DNA of 64,000 nt, from positions 256,001 to 320,000 of the forward strand of contig CAWJRG010000009.1 of assembly GCA_963845185.1 (NCBI GenBank), written 5' to 3'. This document shows positions 40,321 to 50,058 of this stretch, one piece after another. This DNA is from an uncultured bacterium (lineage in GTDB: Bacteria; Oederibacteriota; PGYV01; CAWJRG01). Made by a program: the position numbers and the translations under genes. Positions within the stretch are counted from its first letter, which is position 1. Each line of letters opens with the position of its first letter. The notes beneath the pieces were generated by a model, which made no database searches, was not told the DNA's origin, and was given only the letters and a program-made list of their open reading frames with translations.

Positions 40321-40737
40321 TTATTGATTATCCTTTGGTTTATTCTCAAAGTTTAGTTCGGTTTCCTTTATATCGGGCAGTGGTTCAACAGGTTTATGTT
40401 GACCTCCTGTTAATAGTTCCTTATCAATCAATCCTATCAAACCTTCAATTCTGCTCCTTATTGCGGCCATCTGCTCGTCAAGCTGTTCGGATGGGACATG
40501 TTCCTTTAATAGTTTTCTACACTCAAATAATTCATCAGTAATATTGATTCCAGCAAGAATAGCTATTTTTTTTGCGTCTTTAAGGCCAGTTGTTTCCTGG
40601 ACTTCATTCATCTTGCCGTTCAAGTAATTTGCAAGAGAAATGATATATTCGGGCTTTGCAACACCCTTAATAGTGTATTCATTGCCGAATATATTTACTG
40701 TTATAATTGATTTATCCATATTATTCATCTTCATCAA
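40321..40737 (-). CDS. zapA: Cell division protein ZapA
   Basis: ITVNIFGNEYTIK, AILAGINITDEL; exact start uncertain. Confidence 0.88.
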   Translation of the reverse strand: MMKMNNMDKSIITVNIFGNEYTIKGVAKPEYIISLANYLNGKMNEVQETTGLKDAKKIAILAGINITDELFECRKLLKEHVPSEQLDEQMAAIRSRIEGLIGLIDKELLTGGQHKPVEPLPDIKETELNFENKPKDNQ

Positions 40738-41017
40738 TGTAGCTTGCTGTAGCCTTATTTATTATATTGTCGAGTTTCCCAATAATGGCATAAACCCTGT
40801 TGTAAGCAAGCTTTTTTTGGTTTTTAAGTTTTAAAACTTCCTGACGCAGTGTTTCGAGCTCATAAAGCATTTGAGGCGATATGGTTTGCTCCCCAGATAT
40901 ACCAGGCTTTATTTCAAGTTGGTTTTTTAAAATCATATTCTCATCTTTCAGATGCTGCATTGTCAAAATTAATTCTTTAACCTTATTTTCGAGAATATCA
41001 AGGGCTATTAAGGGCAT
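40721..41017 (-). CDS. Coiled-coil protein, ZapB-like
   Basis: LDILENKV..L..LKDEN heptads; located between pheT and zapA. Confidence 0.65.
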   Translation of the reverse strand: MPLIALDILENKVKELILTMQHLKDENMILKNQLEIKPGISGEQTISPQMLYELETLRQEVLKLKNQKKLAYNRVYAIIGKLDNIINKATASYIDEDE

Positions 41018-41018
41018 A

Positions 41019-43430
41019 CTATGACCTCAATTCCGCGTTTATTTCACTTTTAAGGTTGGTTATAATACGTTCCATGACTTTGTTTATTTCAATCTCCGAA
41101 AGTGTCTTTTTATCGGACTGAAAAATTATGCTGTAAGTCAAGCTTTTACAACCGGCAGGAACCTGTTCTGCTTTATATAAATCATACAATCTTAATGATT
41201 TTATTAATTGTTTATGTTCTTTGTTAATTATATGTTCGACGTTTATTTGCGGTATATCGTCCTTTACTATCAATGACAAATCCCTTTTGATAACAGGGAA
41301 GGATGATATTTTTTTGTATTTTATGTTTTTTTCAATAAATTTTTTTAATAAATCAAGTTTTATTTCGAAAAGAAAAGCTTTGTCTTTGAATTTGTTTGCA
41401 TACAGGATTTCCTGGCTTAGCTGGCCAATAACACCGATATTTGTGTCACCGATTATGATATCCGATGAATATTCAAAATACCTTGGGATTTCACGTGATA
41501 CATCAAATCTTATATACCTGTCGGTTTTTATATAGTTATAGATTGCGTCAATGACGGATTTTAAATAAAAGAAATCAGTTTTTAACTGGTTATGGTTAAA
41601 CGCTGGCTCAACCAGAAAACCGTAGGATATTGCAGCAAGCATAGGGGACTGGGAATAACCGCTATTTGACTTATTAAATATATTGGCTATTTCAAATAAG
41701 TGAATGTTCTCATTTTCGTTGTTATAATTCGTTACCAAGCTCCTGATTAAATCGGGAATTAGTGTTGTTTTCATGTGTGTTTCTTCATCGTTGAACGGGT
41801 TTTTAAGGGGTATGGCATCTTTACTCAAATAAGTAGGATCAAAATTTATGGATTTTAAAAATTTATTATTAAGAAAACTGTAATTTACTATACTGTTAAA
41901 ACCGCAGCCGGCCATTATATTTGATATATTATTGTTAAATATATTTTCAGGCGTGTCCGAGCCTACGCTTATTTTAGAACACGGGAGAGTAGTTGTTATA
42001 TTATTATAACCGTAAATTTCGGCAACATCCTCTATAACGTCAATCTCCTGTGACATGTCGGGCCTGTAGCCAGGGATTATTATTTCCATGCCGTTAATGG
42101 TTTCCTTGTTTATTTTGAAATGCAGGGCTTCGATAATGGACTTTATTTTGCCGTTTTCAAGGTTAAGGCCGAGTATCTTATTAAGGCGGTCATACCTGAA
42201 AGTTATGGTCCTGGGTTCGTGTTTGCCGGGATAAACATCTATATAATTCGATGAGACTTTGCCGCCGCATATTTCAGCTATAAGCTGGCTTGCCCTGTTA
42301 AGTGCAATATCCACGGAATCCATGTCTATACCGCGCTCGAACCGGTATGATGACTCAGACATCAAACCCAGCGTACGGGAAGTCTTTCTTATGGATGCAG
42401 GGTTAAAGTAAGCGGATTCAAGCACCACGGCAACGGTATCGGGGGATATGGAGAAATTTTCGCCGCCCATTACTCCGGCTATTGCTATAGGGCCGCCATC
42501 ATCGGCTATTACAAGGTCAGCGGTATCGAGTTCGTACAGCTTGCCGTCCAGAGCCTTAATTTTCTCCTTTGCCGCAGCAGTTCTGACCGTAATCTTTGAG
42601 CCCTTTATTTTTGAATAATCAAAAGCATGCAAAGGCTGGTTCAGCTCAAGCATGACATAATTGGTTATGTCGACTATGTTATTTACAGGCCTTATATTTG
42701 AAGCTGTAAGGCGATCTTTAAGCCAACCGGGGGATTCCGAAACTTTTAACCCGGCAATAATTCTTGCCGTGTACCTGGGGCATTTTTTAGAGGAAAGGAT
42801 TTCAACCTTTAAATTTTTGTTTATATCATACTTGGCATCTATATTTAAAGTTTTTACCGCGCAGTCAGGCATTGAAAAGGGAATATTTAATATGCTTGAG
42901 ATAAACCTGGCAATACCGGTCATGCATAAAAGGTCTGGGCGGTTTGGAGTTATTTCGAGATTAAGGATTGTATCGGGCTCTGATGCCTTGAATTCCTGGC
43001 CGGGTATATATTTTTTTTCGTCAAGCACTAAAATGCCGGACGCATCATTACCTAGGCCGAGTTCAACCGAGGAGCAAATCATGCCGTTTGATTCAATACC
43101 GCGTATTTTTGACTGTTTTATATTAATTCCGCATGGAAGTTCGGCGCCTGCAAGGGCCAAAGGAACGGTTTGCCCCTGCTTTACGTTTGGAGCGCCGCAT
43201 ACTACCTTTAAAATCTCTTTGCCGTTGTCTACTTCGCATAAAGAAAGATTGTCGGCATTGGGATGTTTGTCTACTTTCAATACTTTAGCGACTACAACAC
43301 CGGTAAATTCAGGTTTTTTTTCTATTATTTCGGCTACAGCGAGTCCGGCCATGTTTAACTTATCAGCCAGCATTGAAGGAGAGAGGTCTATTTTGATATA
43401 TTCTTTTAGCCAATTGCAACTCATGAACAT
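41019..43430 (-). CDS. pheT: Phenylalanine--tRNA ligase beta subunit
   Basis: HPNADNL, VCGAPN, EITPNRPD, NNIVDITNYVM, RFERG, RDLS. Confidence 0.97.
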   Translation of the reverse strand: MFMSCNWLKEYIKIDLSPSMLADKLNMAGLAVAEIIEKKPEFTGVVVAKVLKVDKHPNADNLSLCEVDNGKEILKVVCGAPNVKQGQTVPLALAGAELPCGINIKQSKIRGIESNGMICSSVELGLGNDASGILVLDEKKYIPGQEFKASEPDTILNLEITPNRPDLLCMTGIARFISSILNIPFSMPDCAVKTLNIDAKYDINKNLKVEILSSKKCPRYTARIIAGLKVSESPGWLKDRLTASNIRPVNNIVDITNYVMLELNQPLHAFDYSKIKGSKITVRTAAAKEKIKALDGKLYELDTADLVIADDGGPIAIAGVMGGENFSISPDTVAVVLESAYFNPASIRKTSRTLGLMSESSYRFERGIDMDSVDIALNRASQLIAEICGGKVSSNYIDVYPGKHEPRTITFRYDRLNKILGLNLENGKIKSIIEALHFKINKETINGMEIIIPGYRPDMSQEIDVIEDVAEIYGYNNITTTLPCSKISVGSDTPENIFNNNISNIMAGCGFNSIVNYSFLNNKFLKSINFDPTYLSKDAIPLKNPFNDEETHMKTTLIPDLIRSLVTNYNNENENIHLFEIANIFNKSNSGYSQSPMLAAISYGFLVEPAFNHNQLKTDFFYLKSVIDAIYNYIKTDRYIRFDVSREIPRYFEYSSDIIIGDTNIGVIGQLSQEILYANKFKDKAFLFEIKLDLLKKFIEKNIKYKKISSFPVIKRDLSLIVKDDIPQINVEHIINKEHKQLIKSLRLYDLYKAEQVPAGCKSLTYSIIFQSDKKTLSEIEINKVMERIITNLKSEINAELRS

Positions 43431-43725
43431 TATTTAAAAATCCTCCGTATGCATGATAATAAGCCTATTTGTAGCGTAATTATTGCATAAAAGTCAATAT
43501 GTGTCAATCTTTAAAGTCCTGCTTAAATAAATCGTCAATTATTGAATATGCAAGGCAATTATGAGGTTTTTGAATGAAAGAGCATTAAAATTAATATAAT
43601 GCCTTTGAAATAAAGGGATTTTTGCTGGTAAAGGCGGGTAAAAATGGCATAAAGTCGTCGTTTGGTTAAGATTAGTATTTTTCCAGGCAATAGTCGAATT
43701 TACAAGAAATGCGTTCATGAGAACA

Positions 43726-44011
43726 CAAGCTTCCGGCAACGATGGCTTTAGCTGCTTTAGCAGAGAAGGTTAGCCTTGGCCAAGTAAAAGCAAGCTAAAA
43801 TCAAACCTATAACCTAGTTTGGAGGTACCAAATGTCTCCAGACATTTGGTATAAGTGCAGGACGATGAAACCGCAGGGCTACAGGGCAATGGCTGTGTGG
43901 GTTTCCATATAGGCCAAACTTATTAAAAATAGTATTTTATGGTTATAACTCATGCCTTATAAAAAAGTTAATCCGGAAAGAAATCCCACAACTTCAGTTG
44001 GTGGGATGAAT
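43726..44011 (+). mobile_element. Probable non-autonomous IS200/IS605(IS607)-derived remnant with TnpB omegaRNA-like 3' end
   Basis: Terminal hairpin ATCCCACAAC-TTCA-GTTGGTGGGAT (43983-44007) preceded by AAGA, and upstream AACCGCAGGGCTACAGGG..ATGGCTGT, resemble tnpB right ends; no transposase or nuclease ORF; left boundary uncertain. Confidence 0.5.
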
Positions 44012-44015
44012 TATA

Positions 44016-44150
44016 TCCGCTCGACTTCGCTCGGGACTATAGCCTTTCCGGAGGGAACTCTTTATAACCTCCGGTGGGTTTTAGAGGAGTCCCTCATACG
44101 AAGCCTTCGGGATAATAACCTTCGACTCCTGTCGGCGGGGTTCCGCTCTG
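44016..44150. repeat. Cluster of GC-rich REP-like palindromes
   Basis: CTCGACTTCGCTCGGGA; CCGGAGG..CCTCCGG; AGGAGTC..GACTCCT hairpins. Confidence 0.5.
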
Positions 44151-44277
44151 CTGCAAAAGAAATATTAAAAATTTTTTATGCCGTTGTTACGCATGCAGCA
44201 AAAAAAATAAAAATTCCTTGTAAAAAATAAAAAAATATATTACTATTTTACACGAATTAAGGCAAGGAGGAATAAAA

Positions 44278-45403
44278 ATGGAAATAAAAGAGATAAAACA
44301 TAATATGAAGGAAGTAAAGGACAGGATATTAAAGCTTGAGGTGTATCTTTGACATCAAGAACAATATGGCTTTAAAGGAAGAGCTGGTCAAGAAAAGCCA
44401 GGAACCGGATTTTTGGAAGGATACTGCAAAAGCAAAAGAAATTCAGTCACATATAAAGCGCATAGAGGCGGACATAAGCAGAATGAATGCTATAAAAAAC
44501 CAGGCGGGCGAGCTGGAAGCGATGATTCAGCTACTGGAGACTGAAAACGACCCGGCTTTGGAAAAAGAACTTTCTATAAAATACCCAGATTTGGTCAAGG
44601 ACATTGACGCTGAAGAGTTCAACCTGATGCTCGGAGGCAAGTACGACAGGAATAACGCTATTGTTACCCTGCATTCCGGTGCCGGAGGCACGGAAGCATG
44701 CGATTGGGTTTCAATGCTATTAAGGATGTACATGATGTGGACAGAGAAAAAGGGATTCAAGACAACCATAACAGATATTCAGCCCGGCGATGAGGCAGGC
44801 ATAAAAAGCGTGACATTTGAAGTGTGCGGCGATTATGCTTACGGCCTTTTTAGGGCGGAAAAAGGCGTGCACAGGCTTGTCCGGATATCGCCTTTTGATT
44901 CAAATAAAAGGCGCCATACTTCATTTGCTTCTGTTGAGATTATACCTGAAATAGACGAAGAAATTGACGTTGAGGTAAAGGAAGAGGATATAAAAATCGA
45001 CACTTACAGGGCATCCGGGGCGGGCGGGCAGCATGTAAACAAGACTGAATCCGCGGTAAGGATAACCCATTTGCCCACCAACATAATAGTCCAATGCCAA
45101 AGCGACAGGTCGCAGATAAAGAACAGGGAAACATGTATGAAGATCTTAAAATCCAAGCTTTTTGTACATTATGAAGAGCAAAAAAAGCAGGAGCTTGTTG
45201 AAATAGCCGGCGAGAAAAAAAGCATAGGATGGAGTAGTCAGATAAGGTCGTATGTATTTCACCCGTACAAAATGATAAAGGACTTAAGAACCGATTATGA
45301 AAGAGGAGACGTGGATAACGTAATGAACGGAGACATAGATGATTATATTCATACGTTTTTAAAAATGGAAGCAGGGGAGAAGAGGCACAAAGACAATGCA
45401 TAA
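44278..45403 (+). CDS. prfB: Peptide chain release factor 2 with programmed +1 frameshift at 44347-44353
   Basis: ATG 44278 frame ends CTT TGA C with internal SD GAGGTG just upstream; the +1 frame has SPF and GGQ motifs. Confidence 0.97.
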
Positions 45404-46130
45404 AATAAAATTTCAGCTTGAATTTGCGACTTTACTGCCTGCCTTTATAGAGCAGTTTTTAATGACCGATTACGTTGACAACAAGAGTTTTACAAGCATG
45501 GAACTTGAGGATTTAAGGGATGTATTGAAGAAAATAGACGACCCTGCGCTATCGTCCATAAAGGAATTCCTAGCAATTGAGCCGGTTAAGGAGCAGGAAA
45601 AAGAGCCGGAAGAGGAGGAGGAAAAGGAAGAACACGACCATGAAACCGACGGCGAAGACGAGGAAGAAAATATGTATAATTTAGACGGCACTAAAAAGGG
45701 CCTGCTTGACGATGTGGAAGAAGAGTTGGACGAAGTTGATGATTTTAACTTTAACCGCTATACAGCGGAGGAGCTTAAATATATATTTTCACAGGTAATC
45801 GAAAATATAGATGAATTAAGCGGCATTTACAGAAAAAAAAGCGGTCTGGATCTGGCAATTACAATAGGTTTCCAGCTTAATACAAATAAAATGAGCAAGA
45901 AAAGGGAAAAACGAAAAAATTATGAGGCAAGCATGGTTGTTGAATTCGTAAAAATAAAGGATAAGTTCGAGCCTGCGGAGGATTCTTTCCTGCTTCCTAT
46001 AAAGAAGCCGAACGTAAGCGACAGCATAAAGTCAAATGTTTATTTTATTTACAATAAGAAATACGAAAAAAAATACATGGAGTTTTTTGACAAGATAGCT
46101 GAAGTCATGAATATGAAAGACGTGCATTAA
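45396..46130 (+). CDS. Hypothetical acidic protein
   Basis: Overlaps the prfB end; Glu/Asp-rich central tract; no family recognised. Confidence 0.7.
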   Translation: MHKIKFQLEFATLLPAFIEQFLMTDYVDNKSFTSMELEDLRDVLKKIDDPALSSIKEFLAIEPVKEQEKEPEEEEEKEEHDHETDGEDEEENMYNLDGTKKGLLDDVEEELDEVDDFNFNRYTAEELKYIFSQVIENIDELSGIYRKKSGLDLAITIGFQLNTNKMSKKREKRKNYEASMVVEFVKIKDKFEPAEDSFLLPIKKPNVSDSIKSNVYFIYNKKYEKKYMEFFDKIAEVMNMKDVH

Positions 46131-46265
46131 TTTATTACATGTCTGCATAAAAAGCCATCCGGGCATTATCCCTGGGTATGACCGCCGCAGGCTATGTATT
46201 TTTTCGACAAGGGATGTTATAATAATTAAGTTCAGTAAATTTCAGCTAAAACCAGGAGGGTTAAA

Positions 46266-48710
46266 ATGAGAAAAAAAATAATCCTGCTCGCGGCACTTTC
46301 TACCCTTGGGGCTTGTTTTTGTTTTGCTTCACCCGGGGATATCCTTAATTTCTGCGTAACCGACGGCCCTGTCGTGAATATGACGGCTACGGCAAATACC
46401 ATCTACTTATGCGGAAACTTTTTTAACATTGGCGAGAGGACAGGCAAAGGAACCGAGGTTGATTTGACCACTGCGCACAGCACCAGGCAGCTGCCAATGA
46501 TAAATAACGTTATAAATGCGGTCGCTTCAGACGGCCAGGGCGGATGGTTTGTAGGCGGGAGTTTCAACCAGGCAGGACAGGTTAGCAAACATAATCTGGC
46601 GCACATTAAAAACGACGGTACATTAGATATTCTCTGGGCCCCAAACCCGAATGGTCAGGTGAACTGCATTGATGCTGTCGGAAATACTGTTTTTGTGGGA
46701 GGAGCTTTCAGTACAATAGGCGGCGGAAACAGCAACGGACTTGCGGCCCTTGACAAGACCACAGGGCTTCTTTTTAATTCAAATCCTCAAATAGAAGGCA
46801 GCGGAGTCTATGCTATAGAAGCAGTTGGCAATACTTTATATATCGGCGGAAATTTTCCGGGCATAAACGGCGTGACAAGAAGCAACATAGCAGCGCTGAA
46901 TATAAATGATTTGAGTTTGCAGTCGTGGGATCCCGAGGCTTTAGGCGGCGAGGTATACGGCATAGACGTCAATGGAAACACTGTCTTTGCGGCAGGGAGT
47001 TTCTTGAGCATAGGAGGCCAGCCAATAGGCTGTTTGGCTGCCCTTGACAGGAATACCGACACAAATAATGCTTTCACGTGGAATCCGGGGTTGAGTAATC
47101 TGGGTAACGGCGTATCCGCATTGTCGGTAGATGTGCAGGGTAATACTATTTTTGTAGCCGGCTCTTATCAGAATGCGAGCTTAATGATGACTGGCTATAT
47201 CGAAGCATTTGCCCTTGATTCAGGCACACTTCTTCCTTGGAACCCGTCACCAAACGGCATAGTCAATAAAATAAAGATAAACGGTGCAAATATTTATGCC
47301 GGAGGATATTTTACCAGCATGAATGGCCAGCAAAGGACATACATTGCCTCTTTTGATACATCCGCTGGCAATATGACAAATTTTGCACCTGATATAATCG
47401 CTCCTATCGGCAGCGGAAATATACTGGATTTTGATTTTTATGCAAATACTATTTATTATGGAGGCAGTATTATCTGCGGTGATGCGGCGTCCAGGTCGTT
47501 TGTGGCTGCAGTGGATGCTGTCACAGGAAGTGTGTCAAACTGGAATCCGTTGCCGGATAATCCTGTTACTTGCCTTGGCATTCAAGGGAACAACGTCATA
47601 GCCGGTGGAAAGTTCAGCAACATAGGCGGTCAGAGCAGGCAATATCTCGCGGCTATTGATATGATTTCGGGCACTGTAACGGCATGGAGTCCGGCATTAT
47701 ATGGCAATGTTACAGCACTGGAAATATACGGTAATACTATTTTTGCGGCAGGCAATTTTCCCCAAGGAGTTGTTGCAATAGACGCGCAATCAGGGCAGAC
47801 ACTTACATGGAACCCGGGCATGACGCCCGCGACTTATAACTGCTTAAAGCTTAATGGAGATACTTTGTATATCGGCGGAGAATTCCAGACAAGCACTACT
47901 AATTGGACCCGCAATTATTTAGCTGCTGTTGATAAAAATACGGGCAATATGCTTGCCTGGAACCCTTCAGTAAATGATTATATAAATTCAGTGGATGTTT
48001 ACGGAAACACGGTTTTTGCCGCGGGAAATTTCACCGTGGCAGGAGGACAGGTAAGAAACGGACTGGCGGCAATCGACGCAGGCTCAGGCGCAGTTACCGC
48101 ATGGGATCCGGGGCTGGAAGCAAACGGGACAACAGTAACAGTCCGTTCCGTAAAAGTATTCGGCAACATGCTGTATATCGGCGGGGGTTTTAATACTTTC
48201 ATGGGCAATTATCTCCAGAACTTCGTTGGTTTTGAAATTGACAACCAATCTATCATGCCGAATACGCCGTCTTTTCAAAACGGCGTTTGCGACAGCCTGC
48301 TTCCTGTGAATACCAGCCTGTATGTTGGAGGGCATTTTACCGGGGCTAATAACAACGCAGATAGCGAGTTCGTAGACCAGGTACAGATAGAACCGATTCC
48401 ACAGCCCACTGCCACGCCTGGGCCAGCGCCGGTGAAAAAATTCCTCATGCAGAAAAATATGGTTGACTTATCAAGAGGAGAGACGGCGTTTATAAGGTTC
48501 CCGGATAGCGAAGCCGGACTCAAAGCAACCATAACAATATATAACAGGAACGTCAAACTGGTCAAAAAAATAGAAACAACCCTTTCGGGCAGCAGTTTTG
48601 AATGGGACGGGAAAGACAGTTCAGGCGCAACCGTGGGAGCGGGAGTTTATGTCATATTCATTGAAACGCCTGATTTCAAGGAAATACTCAAGGTTGTTAT
48701 AATAAAATAA
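46266..48710 (+). CDS. Secreted beta-propeller repeat protein with Pro/Thr linker and C-terminal FlgD-Ig/T9SS-CTD-like domain
   Basis: Signal peptide; repeated GNTVFxGGxF..LAAxD..G....WNP units; PQPTATPGP; WDGKDSSGATVGAGVY. Confidence 0.8.
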   Translation: MRKKIILLAALSTLGACFCFASPGDILNFCVTDGPVVNMTATANTIYLCGNFFNIGERTGKGTEVDLTTAHSTRQLPMINNVINAVASDGQGGWFVGGSFNQAGQVSKHNLAHIKNDGTLDILWAPNPNGQVNCIDAVGNTVFVGGAFSTIGGGNSNGLAALDKTTGLLFNSNPQIEGSGVYAIEAVGNTLYIGGNFPGINGVTRSNIAALNINDLSLQSWDPEALGGEVYGIDVNGNTVFAAGSFLSIGGQPIGCLAALDRNTDTNNAFTWNPGLSNLGNGVSALSVDVQGNTIFVAGSYQNASLMMTGYIEAFALDSGTLLPWNPSPNGIVNKIKINGANIYAGGYFTSMNGQQRTYIASFDTSAGNMTNFAPDIIAPIGSGNILDFDFYANTIYYGGSIICGDAASRSFVAAVDAVTGSVSNWNPLPDNPVTCLGIQGNNVIAGGKFSNIGGQSRQYLAAIDMISGTVTAWSPALYGNVTALEIYGNTIFAAGNFPQGVVAIDAQSGQTLTWNPGMTPATYNCLKLNGDTLYIGGEFQTSTTNWTRNYLAAVDKNTGNMLAWNPSVNDYINSVDVYGNTVFAAGNFTVAGGQVRNGLAAIDAGSGAVTAWDPGLEANGTTVTVRSVKVFGNMLYIGGGFNTFMGNYLQNFVGFEIDNQSIMPNTPSFQNGVCDSLLPVNTSLYVGGHFTGANNNADSEFVDQVQIEPIPQPTATPGPAPVKKFLMQKNMVDLSRGETAFIRFPDSEAGLKATITIYNRNVKLVKKIETTLSGSSFEWDGKDSSGATVGAGVYVIFIETPDFKEILKVVIIK

Positions 48711-48712
48711 TG

Positions 48713-48791
48713 CAACCCCTCTTCGTGGGGATTGTGCGATAAGGCAACCCCCCTTTGCTTTCCCCCTTGTTAAAGGGGATAATAGGGGTTT
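48713..48791. repeat. Two GC-rich intergenic hairpins (REP-like or terminator-like)
   Basis: CAACCCC..GGGGATTG; AACCCC..TCCCC..GGGGAT..GGGGTT. Confidence 0.5.
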
Positions 48792-48840
48792 TTATGGCAG
48801 TTAAAATAAAGCGTAATAAACGAAATTTAAGGAGGTCACT

Positions 48841-49749
48841 ATGAAAAAAGCAATATCAACTGCTTTGCTTTTATTATTCCTTGTCTGTTCCGCATTCGGA
48901 GCAAGCAAGGAAGGAGGGCTTATCCTGGATACAAATTCCGGTGCAAAGCCCGCCAGCCTTGCAGGCGCTTTTACAGCCAGCCAGGGCGATGCGGAATCAA
49001 TCTGGTACAACCCGGCAGGCTTGGCAGGGATTGGGAAGATCGACGTGAAAGCCACATATTTTGCCGATATTACTGGCATGATGAATACGTTTATTAGCGC
49101 AAGCATCCCGCTGAATGTGACTGACAATGTGGGAGTTGGAGCGGCGTACAGTAGCGCGGGTGAAATAAACAATGCTGTCGAGGGCGGGTCTGTGCAGGCG
49201 TATGATATGGCTTTTGTGCTTGGTTACAGCCGTATATTAACAAATGAATTTAAAGCAGGGCTTAACCTGAAATACCTATATTCGAAATTGGGAGATTACA
49301 ACGCTGCAAGCTTAAGCGCGGATTTGGGAATGATTTATGTTCCTATTGATTTTATTTCGGTTGGTTTAGCAATCAGGAATTTTTTGGGCGGGTTAAAATA
49401 CGATACCACAACAACGCCTTTGCCGTTTACACTGGACCTGGGGCTAAGCGTGAAGGCATTAAACATAAACGATAATGTAGTCTCAATAAATCTTGACGGC
49501 AAATACAATGTTGTGGATGCGGATGCTACAGAAGGCATAGGTATTGAATATACTTATGCAAAAGAATTGTTTTTAAGGCTTGGTTATATATTTGAAAATA
49601 ATTCGGCAAATGGAATAACGCTTGGCGCAGGCATGAAAATGGCCATGCCGTGGGGCGCTTTGAACATTGATTACGCGTTTTTGCCTGCCTTTATGACAAG
49701 CGATATGCAGGAGAACAGGAATATCGTGACGCTGGGCGTGGATTTTTAA
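48841..49749 (+). CDS. PorV/PorQ-family (FadL-like) outer-membrane beta-barrel
   Basis: GAKPASLAGAFTA...SIWYNPAGLA; LRLGY; terminal Phe. Confidence 0.8.
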   Translation: MKKAISTALLLLFLVCSAFGASKEGGLILDTNSGAKPASLAGAFTASQGDAESIWYNPAGLAGIGKIDVKATYFADITGMMNTFISASIPLNVTDNVGVGAAYSSAGEINNAVEGGSVQAYDMAFVLGYSRILTNEFKAGLNLKYLYSKLGDYNAASLSADLGMIYVPIDFISVGLAIRNFLGGLKYDTTTTPLPFTLDLGLSVKALNINDNVVSINLDGKYNVVDADATEGIGIEYTYAKELFLRLGYIFENNSANGITLGAGMKMAMPWGALNIDYAFLPAFMTSDMQENRNIVTLGVDF

Positions 49750-50058
49750 TAATTCTTCGCAAAAACCAATCCGTTAGAGGCAGAGCGTAATACGGCATTT
49801 ATTAATATGTTAAATTCAAAAGTTTGTATACGCAGTGCAATCATTAACCTCTTATTTTTGTTCAAATATGCCCATAATGGTTAAAAATTTTGGATCCCGG
49901 AATAGGCGTTAAGTTCATTATAAACTTTAAAAACCGTTTAAAGATGGGAGAAGTATGGTGGCCAGTGTAATCAAATATGCGTGATTGCAGAGAGTTTAAA
50001 ACCACCGTGTGAATGCAAGGATTACCTGAAGTTTACAGGAGTTCAGGAGGAAAATTAT

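Noticed and set aside
42661..43437. 258-aa plus-strand ORF
   Set aside because: Antisense shadow of pheT.
43431..44277. 6S RNA, T-box, tRNA or a real 92-aa ORF (43952-44230) in the pheT-prfB spacer
   Set aside because: No T-box sequence, cloverleaf or long 6S-type rod is visible; the ORF runs through palindromic repeats and lacks an RBS.
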